Numbered from the stretch's first letter, positions 23,592 through 37,968 are shown. The stretch: DNA of 64,000 nucleotides from Octopus sinensis (GCF_006345805.1 NC_043005.1:78864001-78928000); one strand, 5' to 3'. Program-made: numbers and translations. Notes: a model not told the origin generated them from the letters alone.

Positions 23592-23912
23592 GGTTGGTTG
23601 GCTGGCAGGCTGGTGGCTGGTTGACTGGTTGGTTGGTTGGTTGGTTGGTTGGCTGGCTGTCTGGTTGGTTGGTAAGTTGGCTGGCTGGCTGTCGGTTGGT
23701 CGGTTGGCTGGCTGGTTGGTTGGTTGGTTGGCTGGCTGGCTGTCTGGTTGGTTGGTAAGTTGGCTGGCTGGCTGTTGGTTGGTCGGTTGGCTGGCTGGTT
23801 AGTTGGTTGTTTGGCTGGCTAGCTGGTTGGTTGGTCGGTTGGCTGGCTGGTATGCTGGCTGGTTGGTTGGTTGGCTGGTTGGTTGGTTGGTTGGCTGTCT
23901 GGTTGTTTGGTT
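23592..23912. repeat. (GGTT/GGCT)n tetranucleotide tract
   Basis: Direct reading. Confidence 0.95.
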
Positions 23913-25307
23913 CATATCTTCAGTCACGCATTACAACGTACATAGAGAAGTGGAGAGAGAGATAGAGAGAAGGAGGGAGGAAAGTAACACACAGATATAC
24001 AAAGAGAGTTAAGATAAGAGGAGGCAAGATGAGCAGAGAGAAAGAAGCAGATACAGAGAAGGAAGGTGAGGGAGGAAAGGAGGGAGAGGAGGGGTGAAGA
24101 GAGTGAATGGAAGAGGAATAGGGAGGAGGGAGGAAAAGGATTTAGCGAAGGAAAGAGGAGAGGAAGAGAAGGAAGAAGGAAGGGAAGATGAGGACGAAAG
24201 GGAGTGAATGACAGTAGTTATGGGAGGAGTTATGCAAATGAGAAATTTGGTTTCTTTAACTTTATTTTAAGGTCATAAATATTTTTTTCTTTGACAATTA
24301 GTATTGATTTCATCATGTTGTAGAACCAACAAGAAATCTGCGAAAATTGATAGAAAATTACATTATAATTACGTTTATTCTTGTATAATTCTTGTACATA
24401 TTTCCTGATATTATCCATTCTGATATGAGAGGCCCTCTCAAGAAAAATGGCGCAGTATTGCAAGTTCTAACCCAACATCCACTTCAAGTGGAAGATAAGT
24501 GTTATATTTTGGTATAAATACTGCCTCTATCGCTATTCATTATACTTCCAAAGTTTTTGTATACTTGCTTTTAGTACTTATACTTGCGGTGGTATTTACC
24601 CGGGGTGGATCAAGGCTGTTCTAGTTCGCATTTGGGTCCCTGGCTAAATGCATACACACGTTGGTAAAGTGTGATCCATAGCCGTCGATTGTGGACCGTC
24701 GTAGAGGATTCACTGACGTAGACTGGATTTGAAGATGGTTCTAGAAAAAAGCTTTAAAAAAAGCTAAGAGGTCCCTCACTCCCACTGGTCTTTCAACATG
24801 CCGGACACCAATCCGGAATTTCTGAGACTAGACTAAAGATGGTGACGTCAACTTTCGCGAAATAAAGAGTGAGGTCAGACGTTGAATATATTCTTAATCG
24901 TGTTGTTAATAATACATCCGTTTTACACAACTTACAAAGTTACAATTATATTTCTTTAACATTCCCTTACATATTCCTCCCGTTCAGATCTGCAACCAAT
25001 ATCTTATCCAAAATGAGGGCAAAACTATGTATATTTTGTTGTCTTGGGAGGGTCATTAGACTAATAATAACGAGCACACGCACTGGTCCAGTAACACTTC
25101 TTTATTGTTCGTCAGCTGGTTAAATATCTAATCAACTAACTAACTAACCAAGAATTCGTTTCATGCGCTGGTTAATCAATCGGTTGTTATCATTAATGGT
25201 GAAATGACCCACCCAAGTCACAAGATTTGTTTCAACACGAATTCACACCGAGAATCCTGCAAAGCAATTACAAAAACTGTATATTTGTTTTAAATATTTT
25301 AATCTTT

Positions 25308-25945
25308 TTTTACTTGTTCTAATCGGTGCACTGCGGTCGTGATGGCGCACTGATGTGACAGGTTTCGTAGAACTAATCGATCCCAGTACGCATTATAAGA
25401 CACGGTACTTATTCTATTGATCTTTACTTTACTGAGGCGCCAGAATACAGAGAAGTAAACAAACCAACCCGATTGTCAAGCGGTGTTGAGTTCAAGCACG
25501 AAACAAACATAAAGACACACACACAGACGCACACAGACATACACACACAGATACAGACACACATGTACACATATAAACACACCACGCACATACACACACG
25601 TACATACACACAAACACACATTCAAACACACACATGCACACACACACAAGCACACACATTCAAACACACACTCACTCACACAAATACACGCACACACATA
25701 AGCACATGTGCACACATACACATAAAAACACACATATATTCACTCACACACTCACACACTCACACACAAATACACACACATACTCACTCACACACATACA
25801 CACGCACTCATCGGTCTAAGTATTGTACTCACAAGTTTAGAGTTTCCTAGAACTATTTTAGACGACACGTGCTCGAAGTACCACGTAAATGAACCAATGC
25901 TATAATGTTACGAAGCAAGTTTCTTAACCGCACAGCCACACCTGG
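25308..25945 (-). mobile_element. SINE family A with an expanded internal (CA)-rich tract
   Basis: Tail at 25308-25500, (CA)-rich 25505-25810, head at 25810-25945. Confidence 0.65.
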
Positions 25946-26689
25946 GTCTGAACAGAGAAAGCCTTAAAATTTTTCTTTTCAAATTTTTCGAAAAAATAAC
26001 GACAAAAAACAAAACAAAACAAAACAACAATGTTAAAGCAACACAAATATTTTATTTGGCTTAAATGCAGTTTGGAAAATCTCAAAGAAAAAAAAATAAT
26101 AACTAAATAATTGTCTGGCAAAAGGTAGAAGGATAAAACACAAAACCCCATTCTTCAATGATACAACTGTGTTCATAACAAAGACACGACGAATACAATA
26201 TCATAGTCTGAACATTTATTGGAATCATTCGAAACCATACATTTAGACTCAGCGAAGTCTATAGAAATCAAATGATGTATGATTAACCTTCCATTTTAGT
26301 ACTGAACAAATTCTATTGAATTCATAGTAGAAATTCAATGATGCTTATATATGAAATATTTAATCGAGCTCGCCTTAAACACAAAAAGAATGCGTTATAA
26401 GGGATAGAAACGGGGGATAATAATAATGATAATGATAATAATAATAAAAGAGAAAGTACCTTTATTTAAGGATATATTTGATATTGATACGAAGAAAAGC
26501 AAAAACTGTTATTTTTCTCTAAAGATATTCACTGATTTATGAGAATCCACGAATGCTATTTTTCGTTTATTTCCGTTTGTAAATAGTGGAAGTTCACAAG
26601 TGTAATTGTTAATCCTACAAATACGGAGATATTGATATGATTTCATAGAAACACAAATACACGAACACGCTCACGCACATTGCCACACG

Positions 26690-26771
26690 CAGCAGATACA
26701 TGCATATATGTTGTATAACTTCCTATATGCATGTATATTATACATATATATATATGTGTATGAAATATATG

Positions 26772-26824
<53 letters not shown>

Positions 26825-26980
26825 GTGTCATATATATTATATATGTATATATTATATATATTATGTGTTATATATATATGTATATATATGTTATATATTA
26901 TATATATATATATATGTTATATATATTATACATATATATATATGTTATATATTATACATATATATATATGTATATATATT

Positions 26981-27029
<49 letters not shown>

Positions 27030-27050
27030 ATAATATATATATATATATAA
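26690..27050. repeat. TA-rich low-complexity tract
   Basis: Direct reading. Confidence 0.92.
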
Positions 27051-27168
27051 TCAACATTAGTGCGTGGAATTCTGAAATTTAATCCCACAATATGCTTGGA
27101 ATGATAAAGAAAATATTAAAAATAAATTGAAATTTTTATTAAAAAAATAATAATAAGGAAAAAAATAA

Positions 27169-27224
<56 letters not shown>

Positions 27225-27834
27225 TGAGAGAAGAAAAAAAGGGATTTAAACATTTCTTAAAATGATATCGAGAATAAAATTTTGAAAGAAATAAAAGAAA
27301 AAAATAACTGCAATGAAAAAAAAAAAATATTATAAAGCAAACACGCACACAAACATTTGAAATAATCAAATTTTATAATGTTTACAAGGCATTTTATTGT
27401 AACGCTTCCTCTTCCGGCACATTTTTCATTTAATCTAACAAATTTCTCTTTAAAAATGAGCAACTGGTGTTTATCGTAGCAGCACAAATATTATGAATCA
27501 CCAAGAATCACGCAGATGCTGTTGAAAATATTTAAGAAAACAACCTAAAAAATAAGAAAAGCATACTTCAAAAACAGAAAAAAAAGAAATTTCAACTAAT
27601 TTCCATTGTACTCGGTCTACAAACAAACGAATTTCTGTTACAACTTTTATATTTCCTGTAGCGTTTTCAATATTTCCTCTGTATTATTTACAACATAACA
27701 TAATTTCATTGATACTTTGTTTATTCCGATTAGATTTAAAACATTTCAATATATTATTTATTTTTTCCAAAATTCCTTTTAAACCACATACCTGGCTTTC
27801 ACAGTATTTGTTGAATGTTAATTTTATATTTTAA

Positions 27835-27914
27835 CTAATATATGGGTATGCGTGTGTATGCATGTACATATTCATTCATATATGCGTGTACATATATATA
27901 TATATATATATATA

Positions 27915-27955
<41 letters not shown>

Positions 27956-28341
27956 GCATATATATAACATATACACACGCATACACATATTATATATATA
28001 TACGTACATATATAGGCCTTTATATATGTTCGTATATATGTGTGTATGTATACATATATATATATATGTATGTATGTATACATGCACACATATATACGCA
28101 CATATATAAAGGCCTATATATTATATACATATGTATGTATAAATATATATATATTTATACATATATGTATATATATATATGTATATAGATATATAGATAT
28201 ATACATATATATATATGAGTGTATGTGCATACATACATGCATCCATATATATGTCTAATACACATCTATATATACCTGTGTGTGTGCGGGAATGTGTGTA
28301 CTTTATTATTGCTATCATTACTGCTGCTGCTGCTGCTGCTG

Positions 28342-28392
<51 letters not shown>

Positions 28393-28400
28393 TAAGTTTT
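27835..28400. repeat. TA/CA-rich tract followed by (CTG)n(CTA)n
   Basis: Direct reading. Confidence 0.9.
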
Positions 28401-28788
28401 ATGAGTACTTTTGTTATTGTAACTGATGTCATGGGCGCCATCTTAATAATTATCGCTCTTATTCCTTTCACCGTCATATTCCTCAAATAATTTCTTTATT
28501 TTATTAATATCGATATTCCTACACGGTTTTTTTTCTGTCTTTTAAATCTAATAACTGACTGATGGTTACCAATTTCAATCGTATATATCTGATAGACATG
28601 CACAAGTATATGAACACACGTACACACATATAAAGAAATATATATGTTCAGATAGAAAGATAGGATAAGTGCGTGCGTGGGTGATATATATATGTATATA
28701 TATATATGTACATTTACACGCACTTACATATATATACACACTTGCAGGCATACACATGTGTATGCATATTTGCATGACTGTCACCCTG

Positions 28789-28825
<37 letters not shown>

Positions 28826-28837
28826 GTCCCCTCTCTC

Positions 28838-28871
<34 letters not shown>

Positions 28872-29134
28872 TATGTTTATATATGTATATATAGAGTTAT
28901 ATATATTTATATATGTAAGTATATATATGCACATACATATATATACACATATGTATATGTACACACACACACACACACACACACACACTCGTTTATATAT
29001 ATATACAGAGTATTCGCAATAAATTTGATAGTTGGCATTAAAGAAATAGAAAACACAGTATCCCATTCAAAGAAGGATGTGCTACGAAATCCAAAAATAT
29101 CAACTAAGTTATGGTTAGGAGGTAACAGATTACC

Positions 29135-29400
29135 CAGAGTAGCCGTCCCCAGCTTCCCCATGGCCTCAAGACGGCTCCGGAACTTGGCGAATGCGCCCCT
29201 CACAGTGACCCTGGGAGATCTTCGAAATCCTCGTTGATCTTGGCCAGCAGCTCGGCCATGTTTTTGCAGGCCGGTCGGTTGGTTCCTTTCTCTATCGTGC
29301 CTCACACATAGTACGCCATGGGATTACAATCGAGGAAAGTGGGAGGGCAGTTCAGTCGAAGAAATTCTCCAGTAAACAATTCTGCCTCTTTCCGGGGGTA
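29135..29400 (-). pseudogene. Tc1/mariner-superfamily transposase C-terminal remnant
   Basis: Minus strand translates ...PPTFLDCNPMAYYV*GTIEKGTNRPACKNMAELLAKINEDFEDLPRVTVRGAFAKFRSRLEAMG, resembling the WPP.SPDLNP.DY.VWG...FR.R.EA motif; W codon mutated to stop. Confidence 0.75.
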
Positions 29401-29574
29401 TATCAAGGTCCCCAATCTCGCTGCCAGGGTTTCACTATAGGTACAATTGCTTTCATCAGTATGACAAACTCTGACCTTACTTGCGGTTACCCAAGGGCTT
29501 AGACTTATATATAAAAGAAGTATAAATAAGATATGGCGTACGTAATTTGATAATTTAAACAAAATGTGATAGAA

Positions 29575-30512
29575 AAAACAATGCCAAAATTTGGCACAGT
29601 TTCCTCCAGGATCTTCCAGATGTATGTTACTGCATACATCTCCTGCCTTCGCTCCAGGTGTAGAGTCTTAGCAGTTTCCGCCTTTCCCAGTAGCTGAGCA
29701 GTTGCAAAGAGACGATCTTCTTTGTGAAGCTTCGTTGGATTACTTCAAGGTCAGCTGTTAATTTTACACTGTTGGGTGACCATTGCTCGGAGCAGTAATC
29801 CAGGCGGCTGAGGAAGAATGTCCTCCAGAGGACCGTCATGGTTTCCTTATCTCTGGTTCTGAACGTTCTCAGGATTCATCCAGCCAGTCGTCTGAATTTT
29901 GTGGCCATCCTGGTGATGTGCACTTGGAAAGAGGTATCATCACCCATGTCAACACCCAGGTCCCTCACTGATTTAGGCTCTGGGATTGTAATTCCCTGTG
30001 TACCAGTATACTCTGTAAGTTTCATATTCAGTTTCATATGCTGCATTAAACTGCATGTTATTATCCTCAGCCCATCAGTAAATTGAGTCTAACTCCTGCT
30101 GCAGATGTGCAACATCGCTGGGGGTTCTGTATTTTCTGAAAGAATTTCGTATCGTCTGCGTAACTAGCAAGAGTGGTTATCCGGGCGGTTGAGGGCATAT
30201 CTGAGAAGGCCACTATGAAAGGAAGTGGTCCCAAGACAGTGCCCTGTGGAACACCGCTCACTATTTGTGTTTTCATTGAGGTGGCTACATTGGCCACTAC
30301 TGCCTGACTTCTAACTTTCAGAAAGTCATGTAACCACTCTCCAAATTTTCCAGCTATGCCGAAATCACGCAGTCTCTGTCATATCATACCATGATCCACT
30401 TTGTCAAAAGCTTTTGCAAAATCAAGGAATATTACGTCTACATTTGAGTTGTTGAGTACTGCCTCAACACCCGGTCATAATATTATAAGAGCTGGGTCAG
30501 GCAGCTCTTGCA
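29575..30512 (-). mobile_element. CR1/L2-type LINE reverse transcriptase fragment, 5'-truncated and frameshifted
   Basis: Motifs SCLTQLL, VIFLDFAKAFDKVDHG, SGVPQGTVLGP, YADDTK, SRLDYCSEQWSP..LEVIQRSFTKKI..SYWER, YAVTYIWKILE; cut by (TA)n at ~30513. Confidence 0.9.
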
Positions 30513-30543
30513 GATATATATATATATATATATATATATCTAT

Positions 30544-30599
<56 letters not shown>

Positions 30600-30914
30600 G
30601 TACGTGATTTTATCAAGTAGATGCTGTGAAGCCGTTGTGTTCATGGGGTATGTATAATTGTTCGTCTTTATGTGCATTGTCGTGTATTACACTGATGATG
30701 GAAAAAAGGGGTTCCCCTTTAATCCTGAAATCATTTTATATATAAGTAAACCTTTGCATGAATCTTTTTCGTTCATTTTCCCGAATTCGGCGCGTATTTA
30801 TTGTAATAATTTTAAGGTAGCTTAGAGAGACATTCGTCATCTTAAAGCACATGGCAAAACTAGTATACTTACTCGCTTGCCTTCATTATATATATATATA
30901 TATATATATATAAA

Positions 30915-31153
30915 GATAAAGATAAAGATAAAGACCCCCTTCGGTCATGAATGACCATGGGATTGCACCTAGAAAGTTACCCTCCTAGACACAAGTCCGG
31001 GCAAGGTTGTTTATGGAAGACCAGCAGTCGCCCATGCATACCGGCCTCCCCTCTCCACGCCACCAGTGTTATCCAAGGGAAAGACAAAGGTCGATACAGC
31101 TTGGAACCAGTGACGTCGCAACTCATTTCTACAGCTGAGTGAACTGGAGCAAC

Positions 31154-31156
<3 letters not shown>
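30915..31156 (-). mobile_element. SINE family E, 3' part
   Basis: Highly similar to 46905-47130; head replaced by (GA)n. Confidence 0.88.
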
Positions 31157-31215
<59 letters not shown>

Positions 31216-31919
31216 GAAAGTTATTTTATTCAACACAGGTAGAAATATAGGTAAAATAGAAGTTGAAAATGTACTGAGAATAGTTAAAATATTTTTTTAT
31301 ATTATTATATTTAAAGCTTTAACCGTTTTCACAGTTCACACTGATTTTCAAAAATTTTAAATAGAAAGACGTGGCTTATGTGGTAGCTGTTTTGCTTCTG
31401 ACTAGTGTTTGAAGCTTACCCTATTTTTATAGGACGTTCATGACTCAGATTAGTATGTTTTCAATAGGATTTGATTGGTAGAGGATAGTCACATGACTGG
31501 TCTTAGAAAAGTTCCTCGTTATGTCCGTGTGACCATATCGTATGTTAAAGCTGACAGTTGGCTGAACAAGTCTAGTGATAGTTCTAAGCAATCAATGCTC
31601 TGTATGTTTTCTGTTAAGTGTTTGTAGAGAATGAACATAAGATTAAATTTAGAACCTTAAGCTTCCCGCTATATCCGTGCGTTAGTGTCACGTGGCAGTA
31701 TATTTTGCGCCTAAAATGAAGGCCGATATGGTTGAGTGAAGATGTCTAGTTACACTCAAGGTACGCCTAATTTAATCTGTCTAGTGGGTGAGTAGACAGG
31801 AGTCGTTTGTTTATAGTCGAGTGACTAAAGTTTAGGTTGTTAGCTGTGTAGGTTCCTCATGTTAAGTGGCAGAATGAGATTTTTGTTGAAATACTTATTT
31901 GTGTAAGTACTTTGTTGAA

Positions 31920-33600
31920 ATTTAAGTCTTCGTTTCTACTTTTGTATGAAAGTATTCTCTTTGTTTATTTGTGCTTCATCTGTAGTATTCACTGAACATA
32001 GGTAGAGTGGGAAAATCTGGAATTTTGGGGATTTATTTTTTGCACAAATGTCTATGTATAAACTCAGTGAAATCTGTCTAGTATTGGGGTCTCGTATTTG
32101 TTGTCGGTGAATGGTCAATCCGTTTCTTAGAGTAAGCTTTGTTTGACCTATACCATTTTCATTACATCCTTGACATTTGATAGCGTATATTAAATTCCTT
32201 GAGAAACGTATAAATTAATTTTTTACGGTAAAATCTGTGATTTCAATTTGCATGTCGTGTCTTCCATAAGACTGATGCAAGTCCCATAATTGGGGCGGCT
32301 ACACTTTTTGACTGTTGGTGTAGGAGTTGCGAAACGTAATTGAGCACTCGTGAGAAATATTTTGAGATACTTTAATTTTCTTTTACTTTTGATTATTATG
32401 TGTATTTCGAATGCTTGTTTCGTCCTAGGGTCTTGTCTTAGCAGTGGCATATTCTGGTGGATAATATTGTAAACCTCTGTATTTCTTGAGTTTTGTGTTG
32501 TAACAAAGGGTAGATTATTGGATGTATTGGGGGCGCTTTTCGTAGTTCTTGGATATTTATTACTTTGGGACGTTTTATTCCGATGTCTATTAACTCTATT
32601 GGATATTGTCTTTTAAGTAGTATTTGTTTTAGTTCCTAGAATCTTTTATTTAGAGTTTTTGGGTTTGAGACAATTGTACAGATTCTTCTTGCTAGATTAA
32701 AGGGAATATTATTCTTTGTGTGTTTGGGATGGCATGAAGAGAACAGCAAGTATCGTTTAGAATTTGTTTGTTTGTAGTGAATGTCTGTTTCAATAATTTT
32801 ATCTTTTCTGATGATTAGTGTTTCCAGGAATGGTAGTTGAGTTTTACTGTATTCCATCGTGAAGTTTGTATCATTGTTTATGCTGTTAATTAGTTTTTTG
32901 AAATGTATTAGTTGTTCAAATGTGTGCGTCCATGGGATTAGGCAGCCATCTAGGTAACGTTTCTAGTTTTCTAGTAGATATTTGTAGAATCTCAAACCAT
33001 ATTTTAATTTTGATTGTTCATATATATGGACTTCCATGTACGTCATGACTAGTTTGGCGTAAGTTGGAGCAACTTTTATACCCACCGCAGTCCCAGATAT
33101 AAAGTTGTTTTCGAGGATAGACTTCAATCCTTCAGTGATTAAACTTTTTTCAATTCCTGTGATAAAACGTTTTCCAATTCTGTCTGGAATTTCATGAGGA
33201 GATTTCCTAAGCCAGAAATGTATTACCCCTAGTTCGTATTGGTGTGGGATTGTGGTATAGAGGTTCCCTACATCAAAAGATTTAATAGTGGTATCATTTT
33301 TTATGGATTTTGGGAGGTGGATTAACAGGTCCAGATCTTCCCTTACAAGATTTGGTATGTATTTTAAAATATGTTTCAGTGATATATCTAAAAAGTTGCT
33401 GAGTATGTGTTTCACAACTATGATTGGTCTAAATTTAAGGTCGGTGGGATATTGTATGTTTATGCAAGTTGGTAATTTACATGCATTCTTAATAGTTGTA
33501 TTTTTTGGATTTTGGGAGACCGTAGAAGTAGCTAGTCTTGCAAGACTAGCACACAGACTCAACGACTTTTGGTATGCGTAAAAAATTTTGAGCTTCCAGC
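31920..33600 (-). mobile_element. Penelope-like retroelement (RT + GIY-YIG endonuclease), degenerate
   Basis: SYFYGLPK, FRPII, SFDVGNLYTTIP, GTAVGIKVAPTYA, RYLDG (YLDD mutated), LPFLETLI, YLLFSSCHPKHTKNNIPFNLARRI, then GIY-YIG-like TIHRQQIRDP...KENTFIQK. A 3' tail may extend to ~31240. Confidence 0.92.
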
Positions 33601-35717
33601 ATAGTGAAAGACCATTTGCATAGTTTCACAAAAAATTTTCTAATTAGTGAACAATTGTTGTATGTTTGTTTCTGTTGTTGCTGTTGTGTTCCTAGCCGCG
33701 AATCTTGTCATATTCAAAGTAACTTACGAAAAGTAATGATCCAGCATTAACCAACATTTATAAGCAAATATGTCGTGGATTTCATTACATTACCTTCATT
33801 TTATTAAATGGTTGCACGTGATGTAAGAGATATTAACTGTCATTTCTTACAGGTCTGTGTCTATAAAAAAGCGACCTCATTGGCATGTGGGTAGTGTGTT
33901 TCGTGTTTTAAGTGTTAGTACTATTCTACAGGGGAGCAAATTTCTTATATGTTCACAGAGTTAAAGGAGAATACAGATGGCACCAAGCAACATAGTGAGT
34001 TTATGGATGTCAACAAGTAATCAATACCATATTGTGTTCGTGGTGAAGGAAGACATTTAATTCTCTCATGAATCAATGAACTTACTTCTAAGTAGAAAGA
34101 GTCAGCCAGGTACGACTTAACAAAACGTAGAGCAGCGTACTGTCAAATTGAGGAGCGTTTCAAAAGCTTTGAGAGTTCAGAGGTCAGAGTTCAGTTAGTT
34201 AAACAAGATAGTAAACTTTCATTTTTGTATTTGCTTTTGCAAGATTCCGGATGTGAAATAATACGCTACACAAATATTGTTTTACTTTTATGGTGGTGGT
34301 GGTGGTCATGGTGGAGAATATTGCTTATTAAAACATGCGTTCATGTTGCTTTCTACATCAGTTTTATAATAGACACATTAGATAATCAGAAAGATAATTA
34401 ATAATTTATTAAATAATTGATTACTCTCTATCAATGTTCTTTCGTCACAGCCTATGAACTTATTGATGATGACAGTGATTAGCCGCTCCTACATCTTCTC
34501 CTTGATAACAGAAACATTTTGCTGATTTCTCTTTGACCGCCATCTCAGAAAAGGAAACTATATCATTAATACAGTGTTGTTATATCCAGTAGTACATGTC
34601 TGGTAATTTTTTTAATTCATGGAAGGGATGAAAACGCCGCTTAAGTTGAGTGCAGGAATCCATGAAATTACATTTCGTGGTAGAGAAGTTTCCAACGTAT
34701 AATTAGAAATATTACTATTGCACATATTTAAGAAACAGACAATGCATATATCTTGATTTAAGAAAATCAATCTCGAAAATAAATAACTACAGATTTCACA
34801 AACCTGATTATTGCTCAATGTCTACTTCTCTCTTTGTTAAGGTTTCTGCTGTTAGTACTGTCGTAGTGTACGTGGCGGTGGTTAAATAGTCGAACCTTTG
34901 ACCGGTCAGAGCAGACATATGACCAAATAAGAGTTTACAGAATAACTAGGAGCCCCATTTATACATAAATATGTGGGGAAATATCGCAGATGCTTTTCCT
35001 ACGCAGAAAATACCAGAGATACTCAGAGGTTTTGCTAGCTCTTCTTTTGAATACATCATAATGTCGGACGCACTTCCGTATCCTCACCTTCTGCTTGTGA
35101 CCCTTCAATATCTCTGGGTTGCAAGCGTTTTGCCCCTTGATCTGTACGCTTCACCTGATTGGTGCAGCGGAGATTGAACTAAGTTTTCGTCTGCAGAAAG
35201 TTTTGGGATGACTCCATGAAACCCATAGCTACAGAATTCCTGAATTAGTGCATCACCACAGATGCAGTTTATGCCATACCCAGGACATCGATCCATCCCT
35301 CCATCCATCCACCCATCCAACCACCAGGTCATCCATTCATCCAATCATCCATACATCCATCCATACATACCTCAAGTTCCAAATGTGATTTTGTGCGTTA
35401 TCTACATCCCAAAGATGCATCCTTGTATCTTTGTTGGAAACCGGGTCCCTCCTCAGTGGAAGATTTATAATAATTAAAAAAATGGAAGAGACATACATAC
35501 ATGCAGACATACATACATACATACTACATACATACATACATACATACATACATACATACACACATACATTCATACGTACGTGTGTATGGATGTCTTTCCT
35601 CGATTGCAGTGAGGAGTTCAACGTAGTTTGACCATCCGAATGACCTTCTTTTAAATTAATGTATAACATGGTTGAGTATTCCAACAGCATATATTCCCGT
35701 AACGTATTTCTTTAAAG

Positions 35718-35765
35718 ACATCAGTGTGGCACAATGCGGGACGGGGTTAAGCCGTAAAGTGACAG
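35718..35765 (+). other. Weak candidate 48-nt internal exon
   Basis: GTATTTCTTTAAAG| acceptor and CAG|GTAAGA donor; phase-1/phase-1 frame open (D)ISVAQCGTGLSRKVT. Confidence 0.25.
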
Positions 35766-35950
35766 GTAAGAATTTCTGTCGTCGATTCAGTTTCACTCAG
35801 AAAACATGAGGCAACCCGAGCCGAATATAACACATAGCGGAATCGACGCCGGGGCCTCGTGTTTGTAGAGCGAACTTCTGACTCTTTAGCTACACGGCAG
35901 AAGCACGTGTGCACACAGACACATACACATACTCACGTAGGCACTAGCAA

Positions 35951-36057
35951 ACTAACGCAGAGAAATACACACAAACACACACACACACTAACATACTAAC
36001 GCAGAGAAATACACACACATACACACACGCACACTAACAAACTAACGCAGAGAAATT
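35951..36057. repeat. Three copies of ACTAACGCAGAGAAAT with (CA)-rich spacers
   Basis: Direct reading. Confidence 0.8.
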
Positions 36058-36328
36058 CTTACACACACACACACACATTCAGAAAAACTCACACGCACAC
36101 ACTAACACACCATGTGCACACAGACGTGTGTGCACACATACATATACGTACCTTAGTTAATCTTCAGACATATACGTATATATGTATGTATGTATATGCG
36201 CGTGTATATATGTAAGTGTATATAACGATACACACACACCACACACACACACATACACACACTCATGCTACATATTTTCTATGTGTGTGCGTTTCAGTGT
36301 CTGTGTATAGGTGTGTGTATGTGCGACT

Positions 36329-36374
<46 letters not shown>

Positions 36375-37139
36375 TGTGTGTGTAGTTAACCCTTGGGCTA
36401 AACATAGTACCACGGAGCGAGGTGCAGTTCGCTGCTGCAGGCGGCGAATACAACTGGAATAAATGAAAAGCGAATAGGTGGAGTGTTAGTGTTGAGTTCA
36501 AAAAGCTCCACCGAACGAACGAGCGAACAACAACAACAACAACCTCAGCAGCAGCAGCAGCAACAACAACAGCTACAGTTACGTCAACATGAAGACTTAA
36601 ACCTTCCGATGATAATTGACGGGACAATTCTTAAGTTATTATCGTGCTAGATAATTTGAAATATTATAAATAGACCCGCACACAACACACACGTTAATTC
36701 AAAATATAGGGCATTTATGTCACGAATTATAGACAAAGAATGAATTTTCCCGTATTCACGAACAATAGAACATTACAGTCCCGCTTCATTTATAACCGAC
36801 TTCACATGGTGTTGATAGTCATCCTTTAAACGGGGAGTGTTGGTAGAGATGAATGAAACAAAGCCGCGACATGAGCGCTTCTATTGTACGGCAGACCCAG
36901 AGCTAAACCGGAACTGCATCCTGCAAGCGGCAAGGAAACTATAATTAATAGTACAGACCGTCGTCCGCTTGCTTCAATCTGCGATATGTGTGGAGCTGTG
37001 CTTGCACTTACGCATCGTACCTATTTACATGTAGGTGCTCTTGGCTACGCTTTATGTGTGATATTTTATTTTATTATATTTGTTTAGTTGTTTTAAAACT
37101 ACCTTAGATAGGGACACATAAAACAACCAGTGACCAAAT

Positions 37140-37487
37140 ACGAAGTGATCAAGGGTCTCTGTCTGTCTATCTGTCTATCTCTCTCTCTATCTCCTATCTC
37201 TGTCTATCTCTCTCTGTCTCGGTATGTCCCTCTCTGTTTCTCTCTGTCTCTCTGTTTTGCTCTTGTCCATCTGTTGTCTTTTTGTTTGGTTGTTTTACTC
37301 TCTCTGTCTCCGTCAACCTTTTGATCAGTCTCTCTCTCCCTCACACTCTCTCTCTCTCTCTCTGTTTTTCTCGGACTGCCTTCTCCGCTTCTCTCTCTCT
37401 CTCTCTCAGTTGCAGTTTCTATCTGTCTGCTTACCTCATTCTGTGACTTTGACTGTGTCTCTCTGCTTGCCTGTCTGTCTGTCTGTC

Positions 37488-37527
<40 letters not shown>

Positions 37528-37790
37528 CATCTGTGTGTCTGTCTCTGTCTCGCTCTTAGTGTAGTTTCCTTTCTCAGTGTCTCGTTCTCTGTCTGTCTGT
37601 CTGTCAGCTTCTCGCTGTCTCTCTCTGTCTGTCTCTCTCGCTCTGTATCTCTGTCTATTTCTCAGTCTCTCTCTGTGTCTATCTATGTCTGCCTGCTTGT
37701 TTGTCTGACCCACTCTCTCTCTCACTCTCTCTCTTTTTCTCTATCTATCTATCTATCTCTTTTCTCTCCCTGTATTTGATTGCCGCTCTT
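37140..37790. repeat. (TC)n/(TCTG)n pyrimidine-rich tract
   Basis: Direct reading. Confidence 0.9.
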
Positions 37791-37968
37791 GTCTCCTCTC
37801 TTTCTTCTCTTATCAAACTCCAACAAAACACCATGATCCAAACTACCGGGTACCGTTGATTTTCAATCGTTGAGATAAAAATCAAAATCTTGCATAATTG
37901 CATGTGATATAAGCAAAACAATACCTTATATACGTAAAGAAAGACTTCAACCACCCTAAAGCGATATA

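Noticed and set aside
34960-35290. Complex GC-richer segment that could be an exon or transposase fragment
   Set aside because: Stops in all frames and no motif I can name.
36407-36651. Open frame with mixed CAA/CAG polyQ
   Set aside because: No convincing splice sites or start codon; CAA/CAG tracts are common in non-coding DNA here.
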